Counted from the stretch's first letter, positions 38,533-48,956 are shown. The stretch is 64,000 bases of DNA from Patescibacteria group bacterium (GCA_043802665.1 JAZDKW010000020.1:7036-71035); one strand, 5' to 3'. Notes: a model not told the origin generated them from the sequence alone. A program made the numbers and translations.

Positions 38533-38943
38533 TTAATCTAGTTTTTCCTCTTCTACTTCGAAAGTTGGTTTAGCTGTTGGCGTGTCTTCGGATACATTTT
38601 GCATCTGACTGCTACCTTTTAGAATGCCCCCGGGTTCAATTGATAAAGCTTGGCTAGTAACATCACCCATAACTCTTCCAGTTTCAAGAATTTGTAATTT
38701 TGCTTGAGCTTTGATGTCTCCATCAACCTCGCCACTCACATAAACATTTTTGGCATCAATTTCTGCTTTGACTTTACCATGTTCTCCCACAATCAAATCT
38801 CCGGAAATTTCAATTTCGCCAGTAAACTGTCCATTAATTTGTACATCACCTTCTCCTTTTAACTCGCCTTCTACAACAACCTCTTTGCCGATCAAAGTAT
38901 CGAGATGTTCGGAGTCAGCAAAATCTTTGCGATCTTTTGCCAT
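38533..38943 (-). CDS. bactofilin
   Basis: 136 aa; repetitive beta-helical (V/I)xGx(V/I) pattern typical of bactofilin/DUF583. Confidence 0.75.
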   Translation of the reverse strand: MAKDRKDFADSEHLDTLIGKEVVVEGELKGEGDVQINGQFTGEIEISGDLIVGEHGKVKAEIDAKNVYVSGEVDGDIKAQAKLQILETGRVMGDVTSQALSIEPGGILKGSSQMQNVSEDTPTAKPTFEVEEEKLD

Positions 38944-39114
38944 TAATTGATTTTAAATACCACAAATATTATATGTGTTAATCCAAAGTTCGTAAAGATA
39001 AACTATTTTTTAAATAATGATCAAAAATGGCTCTGAGATTGACATATTTGACCATAATCTGCATAGGGGGTATAATCTAACTTCTGCTCAAATCTCTTAA
39101 TCTTTAGATTAAAT

Positions 39115-40686
39115 ATGAAAGCAAGATACATTATTATACCAGTAGCGGTAGTGGGAGCAATTGTGCTGACTATTTGGTTATTGGGCCGAGCATTAAATAA
39201 AACTCCCCAGTATGAATTATATGAAGTGCGTAAAGGGTCAGTAGCTAAGACTGTTTCTGTTTCAGGGTCAGTCATCAGTGACCAAAAATTTGAGTTAGGT
39301 TTTTTGTCCCCCGGTATTGTTCAAACAGTTAATGCAAAAGTTGGAGATATTGTAAAACAAGGAGATTTATTAGTAGCATTGGATACTAGTATTTTGCGCG
39401 AGCAAGCTAATCAAGCTAGGGCCAGTATAGCCGCGTCTAGTGCTATGCTGTCCAAATCTCGCAATGCTTTGCGCCCGCAAGATGTTACGGTATTAAATCG
39501 ATCTTTGGATAGTGCCAGAGTTGCTTTGAATACTGCCCAAAAAAATTTGCAGGATGCATATCGCACCAGGGATTTAGATATTAATAATTCTGTTGCTAGT
39601 TTAGCCACTGCTGAAACTGCTTACCAGAATGCCATTAATACTTACAACGCTCGCCAAGCTGTTATTGACCAATCGACAGTTAGTGCACAAGTGGCGCTAA
39701 ATAATGCTAGCAATGCTTTAAGTATCGCCCAATCTTCTTATAGTCAAGTTCTAAATTTGTATAATTATGGGCAAGCGACGATGTTTGATCTGCAACAAGC
39801 CCAGTTGGCATTAAATACTGCTAATAGTGGTTATCTGACTGCCCGATCTACTTATGACAATGTCATACAACAGGCTAATTTAGAGAAAGTATCAGCTAGC
39901 GCTAGTGTTAATAGTGCGCGAGCCCAGTTAGATAGTGCTCGGGCAATGTATAATTTTTCTCTTTCGGGTATTGATACAAAGATAAACAGCGCTCAAAATG
40001 CTTTGTCGGCTGCACAAGCCACTTACAATTTGGCGACTGCTCAATATCAGCAATCATTAGCGCCAGCTCATTTTGCAGATGTCGCATCAGCCTCTGCCCA
40101 AGTAGCTTCAGCTTCAGCTTCGTTGCGGGCCGTGCAAGCCCAAATTGATAAGGCTTATATCAAAGCACCAATTGACGGTATCATTACGGCAGTTAATGCT
40201 ACCGAACACGAAATTTCGCCAATGAGTGCGCCAGCCATAGTGTTGGAAACAGTCGGTGCTTATCAAATCGAGGCCTATATCTCCGAAGTGGATATCGAAA
40301 AGATTACCCCAGGAGCAGAAGCGCGCATTACTTTAGATGCGTTGCTTAATGTCGAGGCCCATGGCAATGTTGCGCAAATCGATCCAGCCGCCACTATTGT
40401 TTTGGGAGTAGTGAATTATAAAATTAATGTAGCAATTACTGATCAAATCGACCAATTAAAATCAGCCATGACGGCAGATTTAGAAATTTTGACTGAACAA
40501 CGCGATGATGTTTTATTTGTTCCGCGCAAGGCAGTTACTCGCTCAGAGGGCAAGTATTCAATTAAAGTTTTAGTTAATGATAAAGTTGAGGAACAAGAAG
40601 TACAAGTAGGTTTAGTGGGCGACAATGAATTAGAGATTTTAACTGGGTTAATCGAAGGCGATCGTATAGTGTTAAAAGAACTATAA
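39115..40686 (+). CDS. periplasmic adaptor subunit (HlyD/MacA family) of tripartite efflux system
   Basis: 523 aa; N-terminal TM, biotinyl-lipoyl-like half motifs flanking a very long Ala/Gln-rich coiled coil, C-terminal beta-barrel. Confidence 0.75.
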   Translation: MKARYIIIPVAVVGAIVLTIWLLGRALNKTPQYELYEVRKGSVAKTVSVSGSVISDQKFELGFLSPGIVQTVNAKVGDIVKQGDLLVALDTSILREQANQARASIAASSAMLSKSRNALRPQDVTVLNRSLDSARVALNTAQKNLQDAYRTRDLDINNSVASLATAETAYQNAINTYNARQAVIDQSTVSAQVALNNASNALSIAQSSYSQVLNLYNYGQATMFDLQQAQLALNTANSGYLTARSTYDNVIQQANLEKVSASASVNSARAQLDSARAMYNFSLSGIDTKINSAQNALSAAQATYNLATAQYQQSLAPAHFADVASASAQVASASASLRAVQAQIDKAYIKAPIDGIITAVNATEHEISPMSAPAIVLETVGAYQIEAYISEVDIEKITPGAEARITLDALLNVEAHGNVAQIDPAATIVLGVVNYKINVAITDQIDQLKSAMTADLEILTEQRDDVLFVPRKAVTRSEGKYSIKVLVNDKVEEQEVQVGLVGDNELEILTGLIEGDRIVLKEL

Positions 40687-40687
40687 A

Positions 40688-41401
40688 ATGACCAGCTTGG
40701 TGAATGTGCATGAATTGTACAAAGCCTATGGTAGTGGTGACACGCAGACTGAAGTTTTGAAAGGAGTGGGTTTAACCATTCAATCAGGTGAATTCGTAGC
40801 GATTATGGGACCATCTGGTTCGGGCAAATCAACCTTAATGCATATCTTGGGTTTATTGGATAAACCCACGAGTGGTACGTATGAATTGGATGGGGTAAGA
40901 ACTGATAGTTTATCCGAAGATCGTCTAGCAGAATTACGCAATCTTAAACTTGGATTCGTATTCCAATCGTTTAATTTATTAGCGCGGACGTCGGCTTTAG
41001 AAAATGTTGAGTTGCCTTTGATTTATAATAATAAATTTTCTTCTAGTGAACAGCGCAAAATTGCCGAACAAGCTCTGCAATCAGTCGGGTTAAGCCACCG
41101 TCTCAAATCATTTCCTAACCAGTTGTCTGGTGGTGAACAGCAAAGAGTAGCAATTGCACGAGCTTTAGTCAGCAACCCGCAAATTATTTTTGCCGATGAG
41201 CCTACTGGCAATTTAGATACTAAGACCAGCATTGAAATTATGGAAATTTTGAAGCATCTTCATCAGCAAGGTAAAACAATTATTTTAGTTACTCATGAAA
41301 CAGCTATCTCCAAATTTGCCGAGCGAATTATTAATATTCGTGATGGTTTGATTATTAACGATCAAACCAATAATCAATTTACTGATGAAACCATTAGTTA
41401 A
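40688..41401 (+). CDS. ABC transporter ATP-binding protein (MacB/LolD type)
   Basis: 237 aa; [35 protein letters not shown]. Confidence 0.9.
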   Translation: MTSLVNVHELYKAYGSGDTQTEVLKGVGLTIQSGEFVAIMGPSGSGKSTLMHILGLLDKPTSGTYELDGVRTDSLSEDRLAELRNLKLGFVFQSFNLLARTSALENVELPLIYNNKFSSSEQRKIAEQALQSVGLSHRLKSFPNQLSGGEQQRVAIARALVSNPQIIFADEPTGNLDTKTSIEIMEILKHLHQQGKTIILVTHETAISKFAERIINIRDGLIINDQTNNQFTDETIS

Positions 41402-42623
41402 TGTTAAATTAGCTCTGCATGCCTTGTGGATCAACAAAGTTAGATCTATTTTGACTTTATTGGGTATTGTTATAGGTATCTCTGCGGTTGTGATTATCGT
41501 GGCATCGGGAGAAGGTGTTCAACAATTTATTTTAAATCAATTCCAAGGCGTGGGTACAAATATAATTGGTATCACCCCAGGTGGCTCAGAAGGTGACCAG
41601 ATTGGTCCACCGGCTTCTGTGATGGGAGTAACAGTCACTACGTTAACCATGGATGATGTAGAGGCTTTGGGGGATCCTAGGAATGTACCAGATGTTATTG
41701 ATGTGGGTGCAGCTTCTTCGGCGGTTCAGGTAGTAGTCAAAGCCATTGATGGTGATATGATCACTAATGTTTTTGGGATCACTCCCAATTATTTTGATTT
41801 GATGAGTTTAGATTTCGCAGATGGGATATCTTTTGATGATGATGATGTTAAAACTTTAAATAAAATTGCGGTGTTGGGAGACACTATCAAAAAAGATTTG
41901 TTTGATGATGAAGAAGCTATAGGTAAAAAAGTCAGGCTTAAAAATAATAATTATCGTATTGTTGGAGTATTGGGTAAAAGCACTGGTTTTTCTTTTGGGA
42001 TGGATTATGGTAAATTCATTTTTGTGCCGGTAACCACCGCCCAAAAATTTTTGCTGGGTGTCGATTATCTTTATGAAGCCATGGTGAGAGTCGTGGATGA
42101 ATCACAAGTAGAAACAGCTCGTACTGATGTGGTAGAAACTTTACGTATACAACACGATATTGCCGAAGGCCAAGGTAGTGATTTTACCATTCGGACTATT
42201 CAAGATGCTATCGAAATTATTCGTTCGATTATGGGTGCGTTAACATTGTTTTTGGCCGCGATTGCTGGTATCTCATTGCTCGTTGGTGGTATTGGCATCA
42301 TGAATATTATGTTAGTTTCGGTAACTGAACGCACGCGAGAGATTGGTTTGCGTAAAGCCTTGGGTGCTCGTCGGCGGGATATTCTGTTACAATTTTTGTT
42401 CGAAGCAATTTTGTTGACTCTGATTGGCGGGCTAATCGGTTTTCTCGTTGGTATTTTAGGCGCATTTGGTGTTTCTCAGGTAGGGAATTGGGATTTTCGT
42501 ATTAGTTGGATAGCGATTGTGTTGCCTTTGGCGATGACAGCTGGATTTGGGATTGTTTTTGGCATGTATCCAGCCATTAAGGCTAGTAAATTAGATCCCA
42601 TCGTTGCCTTGCGATATGAATAA
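41385..42623 (+). CDS. ABC transporter permease (MacB/FtsX-like fold)
   Basis: 412 aa; N-terminal TM, large periplasmic domain, C-terminal 3 TM helices. Confidence 0.85.
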   Translation: MKPLVNVKLALHALWINKVRSILTLLGIVIGISAVVIIVASGEGVQQFILNQFQGVGTNIIGITPGGSEGDQIGPPASVMGVTVTTLTMDDVEALGDPRNVPDVIDVGAASSAVQVVVKAIDGDMITNVFGITPNYFDLMSLDFADGISFDDDDVKTLNKIAVLGDTIKKDLFDDEEAIGKKVRLKNNNYRIVGVLGKSTGFSFGMDYGKFIFVPVTTAQKFLLGVDYLYEAMVRVVDESQVETARTDVVETLRIQHDIAEGQGSDFTIRTIQDAIEIIRSIMGALTLFLAAIAGISLLVGGIGIMNIMLVSVTERTREIGLRKALGARRRDILLQFLFEAILLTLIGGLIGFLVGILGAFGVSQVGNWDFRISWIAIVLPLAMTAGFGIVFGMYPAIKASKLDPIVALRYE

Positions 42624-42678
42624 AATCAGCTTTACTTTTTGGTTAATTTCTTTAATATATAAAGAGTAAATTGAGACA

Positions 42679-42900
42679 ATGATAGGAAATATTTTGATGA
42701 TTGTACAGGTAGTTTTAGCCATTATATTAATGGTAAGTATTTTGGTTCAAGGTCGCGGGGCATCGTTGGGGGAGGCATTTGGCGGCAGCAGTTCTTTTTA
42801 CACTACGCGCCGTGGTGCGGAGCGGACATTGTTTGTTATTACGATTGTAGTAGCAGTTTTGTTTGTGGTGACTGCGTTGCTCAACCTCTTCTTTAAATAA
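42679..42900 (+). CDS. secG: preprotein translocase subunit SecG
   Basis: 73 aa; two TM helices and the SecG loop motif LVQGRGASLGEAFGG. Confidence 0.7.
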   Translation: MIGNILMIVQVVLAIILMVSILVQGRGASLGEAFGGSSSFYTTRRGAERTLFVITIVVAVLFVVTALLNLFFK

Positions 42901-42966
42901 AGGGAGGTCAAAATTTTTAGGGTCAGGAAAAGGCTTAGCCAAGAATTACAACAGACTCACCAGCTT

Positions 42967-44673
42967 TTGCGCTGGCTATCTGGTAGTCATCGGGTTGGTT
43001 TTGTCGGAATAGCTTTGTTAAAGGTATTTGCTGGTAGATTTTCGCGGGCCGAAAAATTAATTATGGCTGGTTTGTTAGTGATGATTACAGTATCACTAGG
43101 AACGTTGGCAATTTGGCGAGATAACATAGGTACCGAGCAACCTCTTAAAGGTGGGGTATTTGTGGAAGGTGTGATTGGCAAACCGCAGATTATTAATCCT
43201 TTATATACCCGCGCGAATACTGTTGAAGGAGATCTTGTTAAATTGATTTTTGCTGGTTTAGTTAAAATCAATGCTTCCAGAGAATTTGAACCAGATTTAG
43301 CTGAGAATTGGGAAGTGCAGAACAAGGGCAAAACTTATTTATTTAAATTACGAGAAAATCTTAAATGGCAAGACGGCGAAAAAATTGATGCGGACGATGT
43401 TGTGTTTTCTATTCAAATTATGCAAAGCGAATCCTACACTGGCCCGTATCGGGCAGACTGGTTAAATACGGTTGTGGTTGCAGTCGATGACAGAACAGTC
43501 AAAATTGATTTGCCCGATCCTTCCACCTTCTTTTTAGCTAAAGCAACCATTGGTATTATCCCCTCACATTTATTTGCATTGTTGCCAGTGGCAGAAATTG
43601 GTGATCCAACTAACAATACTAAACCGATCGGAGCTGGCCCTTATCGTTTAGTACAATCATCTTTTGGGCAAGAAACTATTAATTTAGAGCCGAATCAATA
43701 TTATTATGCGGGCGCTCCCCTAATTGATAAAATCGTTTTTACTTCTTTCGATAGTCAAAAAGAATTACTAGTTGCATTAGCTAATGGCAATATTACTGCT
43801 GGTGGATTTTCTAATGATATCTCTGCTAGTGATCTTTTGCTCCCCAATCTGAATAAATATATTTATCCTTTGCCGCAGTATCGGGCTATTTTCTTTAATC
43901 AACTAGGTGATAATAAAATTTTGGCCGATATTAATGTGCGCCAAGCCTTAGCCTATGCCACCAACAAAGATAAAATTATTAAAGAAGTAGCGGGTGGTAA
44001 CGCCGAGATTGTTGATAGTCCAATCCTTGCTGGTTTTTGGGGGAATCTTCCAGATGTTGCTAAATATGATTACGATTTGGGGTCGGCTGCCAGTGTTTTA
44101 ACTAGAGCGGGATGGAAAGATATTGATGACGATAAAATTTTAGAAAACAATAAGCAAAAATTATCTTTTACGCTGACTTTTAAAGATGATAAAGCTAATA
44201 CTACGATGGCAAAAATTCTTCAAGAAGGTTGGCAAGCGATTGGCGCCGAGGTTAAATTAAATCCTGTAAATTCTAATGATTTGGTTAATACAATTATCCG
44301 TCCACGCAATTATGAGGTATTAATTTTTGGTCAAAGTTTAGGAGCTGATTCCGATCCGTATGCGTATTGGCACAGTAGTCAAACTGCTGACCCCGGCTTG
44401 GCTTTATCAGTAATGTACGACAAAGATATTGATAATCCTCTCGAAATGGCGCGCTTGTCTTCCGATTTAGGCCGAGCGATTAGTTACTATCATAATTTTC
44501 AAAATGCCTTTGCTAAAACTGTGCCAGCAATTTTGTTATATCAGCCAAATTATACTTATTTAGTAGATACAAAAGTTAAAGGTACAACAGCGTCAATTAA
44601 TATCAGCAGTACCTCTGACCGGTTTATGAATATTGAAAAGTGGTACATCCGCTCCAAAAAAACGATGAATTAA
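42967..44673 (+). CDS. ABC transporter substrate-binding protein, family 5 (peptide/nickel type)
   Basis: 568 aa; SBP_bac_5-like core; the start is uncertain (MAGLLVM... at 43051 is the alternative). Confidence 0.7.
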   Translation: MRWLSGSHRVGFVGIALLKVFAGRFSRAEKLIMAGLLVMITVSLGTLAIWRDNIGTEQPLKGGVFVEGVIGKPQIINPLYTRANTVEGDLVKLIFAGLVKINASREFEPDLAENWEVQNKGKTYLFKLRENLKWQDGEKIDADDVVFSIQIMQSESYTGPYRADWLNTVVVAVDDRTVKIDLPDPSTFFLAKATIGIIPSHLFALLPVAEIGDPTNNTKPIGAGPYRLVQSSFGQETINLEPNQYYYAGAPLIDKIVFTSFDSQKELLVALANGNITAGGFSNDISASDLLLPNLNKYIYPLPQYRAIFFNQLGDNKILADINVRQALAYATNKDKIIKEVAGGNAEIVDSPILAGFWGNLPDVAKYDYDLGSAASVLTRAGWKDIDDDKILENNKQKLSFTLTFKDDKANTTMAKILQEGWQAIGAEVKLNPVNSNDLVNTIIRPRNYEVLIFGQSLGADSDPYAYWHSSQTADPGLALSVMYDKDIDNPLEMARLSSDLGRAISYYHNFQNAFAKTVPAILLYQPNYTYLVDTKVKGTTASINISSTSDRFMNIEKWYIRSKKTMN

Positions 44674-44739
44674 TTGTTAGTACCGAGTATCTAATGGCAG
44701 GTGTTAGAATAAGATTATTCTAAGAGTGTGATGTAATAA

Positions 44740-45225
44740 TTATTTCTTTGGTTGTTTTTGTCTGCAATTTTTCCCCCTGTATGTTTCAGTTAAACTATGG
44801 CAGTTCGGGCAAAGAATTCTTAGATTTTTAATTCGATTATCGTGCCTGTCCCCATTAATGTGGTCTAACTCTAATGGCAAATGTCCGGTAGCACTACATT
44901 TAGCCCAGCCACATTGTTCACAATACATAGGTTTTAATTTGGCACTAAATAATCTTTTTTTAAGCTTGAAGCTTTGGAAGTTACTATTTTTAGTGAGAAT
45001 TTTATCTAGGGGAATGCGCGGTTTACCGATACCTTTCATGCCAGCATTCCAGCCTTTACCTCGAAAGTGTTGAATATCGAGATTAAATTCTTGAATATAT
45101 TTCTGAATCTGTTCATAATTGCCACCAGCAGGACGCAATCCTAGTTTTAGCAATACTTGGCGTATGCTAAAAGATTTTCGCACAGCTTGCCTCAATGCTT
45201 TTATTGTCCATTTTCTTTTACGCAT
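44740..45225 (-). CDS. HNH endonuclease (free-standing homing-endonuclease-like)
   Basis: C-terminal HNH/zinc motif CEQCGW...HLPLELDHINGDRHDNRIKNLRILCPNCH. The ORF-track N-terminus overlaps tRNA-Leu, so the start is placed at the internal MRKRKW (45225), preceded by a TATAAT box. Confidence 0.65.
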   Translation of the reverse strand: MRKRKWTIKALRQAVRKSFSIRQVLLKLGLRPAGGNYEQIQKYIQEFNLDIQHFRGKGWNAGMKGIGKPRIPLDKILTKNSNFQSFKLKKRLFSAKLKPMYCEQCGWAKCSATGHLPLELDHINGDRHDNRIKNLRILCPNCHSLTETYRGKNCRQKQPKK

Positions 45226-45285
45226 ATTATCATTATACGATAAGGGTAAAGGCATAAGTAATGCTATTTTTGTGCGTGTTCTATT

Positions 45286-45369
45286 TGGTGGGCAGAGTGG
45301 GACTCGAACCCACAAGCCTTGCGGCACAGCATTTTAAGTGCTGCGTGTATACCATTCCACCACCTGCCC
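45286..45369 (-). tRNA. tRNA-Leu(UAA), type II with long variable arm, CCA encoded
   Basis: Manual fold: GGGCAGG acceptor, anticodon loop CUUAAAA, long variable arm, T-arm GGGTTCGAGTCCC. Confidence 0.75.
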
Positions 45370-45383
45370 ATCAGGTATTTATG

Positions 45384-45460
45384 TGGAGCGGGAAACGGGA
45401 TTCAAACCCGCGACCTCTTCCTTGGCAAGGAAGCGCTCTAATCAACTGAGCTATTCCCGC
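45384..45460 (-). tRNA. tRNA-Gly(GCC), CCA encoded
   Basis: GCGGGAATAGCTCAGTTGATTAGAGCGCTTCCTTGCCAAGGAAGAGGTCGCGGGTTTGAATCCCGTTTCCCGCTCCA. Confidence 0.8.
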
Positions 45461-45536
45461 AGAAAATCTATTCTTAATTTATCACATATTAATGCAGTCA
45501 AGATTTTATTCAATCAACCCCGAAGGGGCCCCGTTG

Positions 45537-45556
45537 GGGATGAGCTATTCCCGCGT
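45537..45556. repeat. duplicated 14-nt fragment of the tRNA-Gly 5' end (TGAGCTATTCCCGC)
   Basis: Exact match to 45447-45460, lying ~80 bp away. Confidence 0.5.
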
Positions 45557-45592
45557 AGCAGTTTAATAAAAAGTTTGAATAAAGAGATTGTG

Positions 45593-45886
45593 TGGTGCCG
45601 CGGGACGGGATCGGACCGCCGACGCATGCCTCTTCCGAAGCATTTGGACTATCTCATTCTCCATTTAGCAATGGAGATTGGGCGCTAATGTGGGATTATC
45701 GTTGGGACTCACCCACTAGTCTCTACACCTTCCTCGCTATCATATGCCCGGCGAGGCTTGGCTCGGGATTGTCAAACACATGGCGTGTGTTTGGTTTTCC
45801 CCGAATTCACCCAATTTTTCAATCCTAGTTACCTAGGAAAGCCCCGAAGATTCCAGGGCATCGCTCTACCACTGAGCTACCGCGGC
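45593..45886 (-). tRNA. tRNA-Phe(GAA), interrupted between U33 and G34 by a group I intron
   Basis: The 5' exon is 45855-45886, GCCGCGGUAGCUCAGUGGUAGAGCGAUGCCCU. The 3' exon is 45593-45635, GAAGAGGCAUGCGUCGGCGGUCCGAUCCCGUCCCGCGGCACCA. Joined, they give a canonical 75-nt tRNA with anticodon loop CUGAAGA. The T-loop UCCGAUC is atypical. Confidence 0.6.
45636..45854 (-). ncRNA. group I intron (~219 nt) in the tRNA-Phe anticodon loop
   Basis: The 5' exon ends in U and pairs with the intron GGGG (P1). The intron UCUUC pairs with the 3' exon GAAGA (P10). The P7 halves GUAGAGACUAGUG (R-like) and GAGAUAGUCC (S-like, consensus AAGAUAUAGUCC) are present, and the intron ends in G. There is no internal ORF. 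Confidence 0.6.
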
Positions 45887-46788
45887 AATATTTATTCACA
45901 CCAAAATAATATCAGCATTAAACCTATTTTTCAATGCCGTATCGGTAGAACAGAAAACTAGATTTCTAATTAACTGTTCCACAATTAGTTATAAAATAAA
46001 CCCTTGATCTTCGGGGGATTTTGGGTTGTGGTATAGGAGGAAAGTGGGTGTGGATATCACAGAAAGTGGCTCTGGGAGTATAATATTCTTGACAGGAACC
46101 TCAATTAGGAGTATGCTTAAATTATAAGGGTGATAAACAGATTTGGTTGATTCGGCAGATTAAAAATTAGGTCTAAGAGGAGAGACGCGAGATCGGCGTT
46201 ACGGATCACATTAGACCTGGGTCTAAATAATTTAGATCTAAGGAAGCTAGCAGAGGTCTGCTACGCGACTGCATGGCTAATGGCTACTAACTGTAAATAA
46301 TAAATTTTATCGTCATTCTGGCTTGTCCAGAATCGTATAAATAAAAGAGCAGTTGGGAGATCTCTTCTTTGGTAAAAATACGAACGAAGAGATCTCTTGA
46401 CTGCTTTTTTGTTTACCCCGTAGCTCCACTACTAGCGGATGGTATCGGGGTTTAGTCGCAGGAGACGCATTCTGTTTGTCATCCTGAGCGGATCCGCCAG
46501 TTGGCGGAGGAGTCGAAGGATCTGTCTGTAAGATCCTGACCTGTGCCAGCATGACTGAATTGAAAAATTGTTTAGTCGCAGGAGACGCGAAGAGGAGAAA
46601 TATAAATGGGGAATCCAGGCACATAATTATGTAGGCCTAGGTAATTTCTCTCAAGCACTCATCTTCGCATCTCCTCTGATTATGTTATTCGTCATCCTGA
46701 ACTTGTTTCAGGATCTCAGATATCACATCGGAGAGAACATTTGAAAAAATCTGGTGACGCAATGTCGCCATTCCCTGGGAGGGGAAAA

Positions 46789-46938
46789 ATGGAAGAGAAA
46801 GACGGACAAGAAACTCAACAAAGTACTTCTGATGATTCGACGGGCACGACGGATTCGTTCGATGGTGATCGGTCGTGGGACACAGACCGCAATAACCACC
46901 GGTTACCCCTTGGGAATGGGGGGTATGTGTTCGCATAA
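46789..46938 (+). CDS. possible small acidic protein (49 aa)
   Basis: GGGAGGGG SD before the ATG; low-complexity D/T/S-rich product; weak. Confidence 0.25.
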   Translation: MEEKDGQETQQSTSDDSTGTTDSFDGDRSWDTDRNNHRLPLGNGGYVFA

Positions 46939-47202
46939 AACGGCTAGGGGAGAGCCATCAATCTCCCCAAAATCTTTCTTTGCGGATTCTGGCATTTCGG
47001 GTCGAATCTGCAGGGGTTCGACAATGATCGGACGAAACTTTCCCTAACGGGAAATGATTAACAATATCTCTGAGCCCTCAGCCTCTGCGTAGAGATACGG
47101 ATTGGCGCTATAGGGCAAGTGGAATCGGTCGGACTGCCACTTTAAATAAAGAATCCGAAAATGGGAGAGCTCTGTTGCTGGACACGCATTACCCAGCAAA
47201 CC

Positions 47203-47265
47203 ATCTCTCCCCCTCTTCTGAGTTTGTTACTTCGATAAGATAAAGTAGCAACTTCAGATGAGGGC
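47203..47265 (+). repeat. cassette hairpin element H0 (degenerate): CCCTCTTCTGAGTTTGTTAC ... AACTTCAGATGAGGG
   Basis: Inverted repeat read directly; followed by the conserved CGAATCTTGAAAATT motif. Confidence 0.55.
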
Positions 47266-47394
47266 TTGCTCTCAAAACGAATCTTGAAAATTAAATTCAA
47301 TCCAACTCTTGTAGAGAGCAATTTGGGTATAAATTATTTTCTGAAATGTTCGTATCCAAGTTGCTCTCTAAGAAGAGCAAAGGAGGCATGTCAA

Positions 47395-48588
47395 ATGCCT
47401 AAATTAATTAAGGTCGCCATTGGTGGCCCACCGAAATCCGGCACGACATGCTTTCTTGCCGGGTTATGCGAAAACCTTCCGAGGTTTTCGCGCTATCTCT
47501 TCCGGGCTTGCCCGGACGGAGAGGGAACTTGGACTTACAGGTCCGAGGCCTCTGCCAAGTATCGTCGCAAGGGGCAGTTCGCCCCGGGGCTGGTTGACTG
47601 GTACTGCCAGTCGCTAGCCAAGTGCGTGATGGCCCCGATCGTCCTCGTGGACATCGGTGGCCGTTGCTCTGATGAGAATTCCCGAATCCTTCGCGAAGGC
47701 GGAGTACAATTCGGGATAATCCTTTCCCCATCTCTGGAAGCAATTCCAGAATGGGAGAGATTTTTCCGCTCTTGCGGAGTGGAAGTAATCGCTCGAGTAA
47801 TCAGCGATTACAACGGCACTGATGACATTACTATTGATGCCGACCCGATGGTCGTGCATCATCTTGATCGGGAGGTAAGCGCAGAGGAATTGGCAACTCG
47901 GCCAACCATTCAGAAGGTGGCTGAAATTATTTTGGGGTTGATCGCCCCGGAGGAAACAGAAATGAACATTCTTTCTTCATTGATTACTCCCGACGGGGTC
48001 ATCACGGTTGCCGCTCTTGCGGCCGCCCTCGGTAAGACTGCAGTTGAAAGGGCTTTGCCGAATGGCAAAGTCATCCCCCAGATCGTCTGGGAGGGTGCGG
48101 ACTTGGTCCGCATCGCCGAGCTCCTGCACAACCGCTCGGCAGAAATGCCGGAAGTTGTGAGGATCGACGGCCCCGCTCCGGCGTGGCTCGTTGCGTCGCT
48201 CACTCACGAGTGCCATCCGCGGATGGTGGCATTGAATAGTGCTGACGGATTCGTCAATGTTGGGTGCCGCCGGCCTTCCGGCGGCGGCGAGGGGATCAAC
48301 TTCAAGGTTGAGACCCGTCCCGACGACTGGAAAGTCGTCACATTCGAGCTGGACCCCTCGGTCCCGCTCTCTCCGGCCGATCTTGACCGGATTGCCCCAC
48401 CTGACCTGGGCACCCTTGACTCGAAAGTAGTCCTTTCGGGTCGGGGGCCAAACTGGCTCTTTGCCAGTTTGGCCTTGGCATACCACGGCCGCGCCGGGGC
48501 CGTGGCCCGCTTCCAGCCGGGGACTGGTAGCACGGTCGTCTGGACCCACACTCAGAGTGTGGTACTCGGGGATAATATCCCTGAGTAA
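47395..48588 (+). CDS. P-loop-containing protein of unknown function (cassette gene A)
   Basis: SD AAAGGAGG 7 nt before ATG 47395; the ORF track extends to 47266 but no SD lies there. The N-terminus has a Walker-A-like KVAIGGPPKSGTT. The C-terminal half carries a duplicated motif GPAPAWLVASLTHECH / GRGPNWLFASLALAYHG. GC is ~60%, against ~40% for the window. Confidence 0.6.
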   Translation: MPKLIKVAIGGPPKSGTTCFLAGLCENLPRFSRYLFRACPDGEGTWTYRSEASAKYRRKGQFAPGLVDWYCQSLAKCVMAPIVLVDIGGRCSDENSRILREGGVQFGIILSPSLEAIPEWERFFRSCGVEVIARVISDYNGTDDITIDADPMVVHHLDREVSAEELATRPTIQKVAEIILGLIAPEETEMNILSSLITPDGVITVAALAAALGKTAVERALPNGKVIPQIVWEGADLVRIAELLHNRSAEMPEVVRIDGPAPAWLVASLTHECHPRMVALNSADGFVNVGCRRPSGGGEGINFKVETRPDDWKVVTFELDPSVPLSPADLDRIAPPDLGTLDSKVVLSGRGPNWLFASLALAYHGRAGAVARFQPGTGSTVVWTHTQSVVLGDNIPE

Positions 48589-48627
48589 GAATTGCACATT
48601 TTCAGAGGGAGAGCTTCGTCTCTCCCT

Positions 48628-48799
48628 CCTTCATCCGAGTTCACCATTATTCATTGTCCGTCATTCCGGCCTACGAGCCGGAATCTAGATCCTGAATCGT
48701 ATTAATTATACGATCCTGGACAAAGCCAGGATGACGAAGTAAGGAATACTTCATCAGTTCAGGATGACGCATAAGTAAATGATGAATTCAGATGAGGGA
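48628..48799 (+). repeat. cassette hairpin element H1: CCTTCATCCGAGTTCACC ... AATGATGAATTCAGATGAGGGA, with a ~130-bp MITE nested in its loop
   Basis: Arms read directly. The insert at 48646-48777 has terminal inverted repeats CGTCATTCCGG/CAGGATGACG. The element is preceded by the hairpin GAGGGAGAGcttcgtCTCTCCCTC. Confidence 0.65.
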
Positions 48800-48956
48800 G
48801 AAATCTCTTAACACCGAATCTTGAAAATTGAAAATTATTTCTCTTGTGGAGAGTCACATCCTCACAATCTATTTTGTGATGAGCTGACTCTCCATCAGGA
48901 GAGAAAAATATAGCCGGAATGCCCTGTAAACCGGTCAAGGGGCAAGGAGGCCAAAA

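Noticed and set aside
45338-45961. ORF-track ORFs 45338-45688, 45592-45828 and 45758-45961 on the + strand
   Set aside because: They lie entirely antisense to tRNA-Gly, tRNA-Phe and its group I intron. The high-GC structured RNA gives open frames by chance.
46452-46595. Two copies of the 19-mer GTTTAGTCGCAGGAGACGC spaced ~105 bp apart, which could be read as a tiny CRISPR array
   Set aside because: There are only two copies, the repeat is shorter than typical CRISPR direct repeats, and the single spacer is occupied by a MITE-like element. No cas genes are present; the Cas4-like gene is 34 kb away and in an unrelated context. Most likely a duplication around a MITE insertion.
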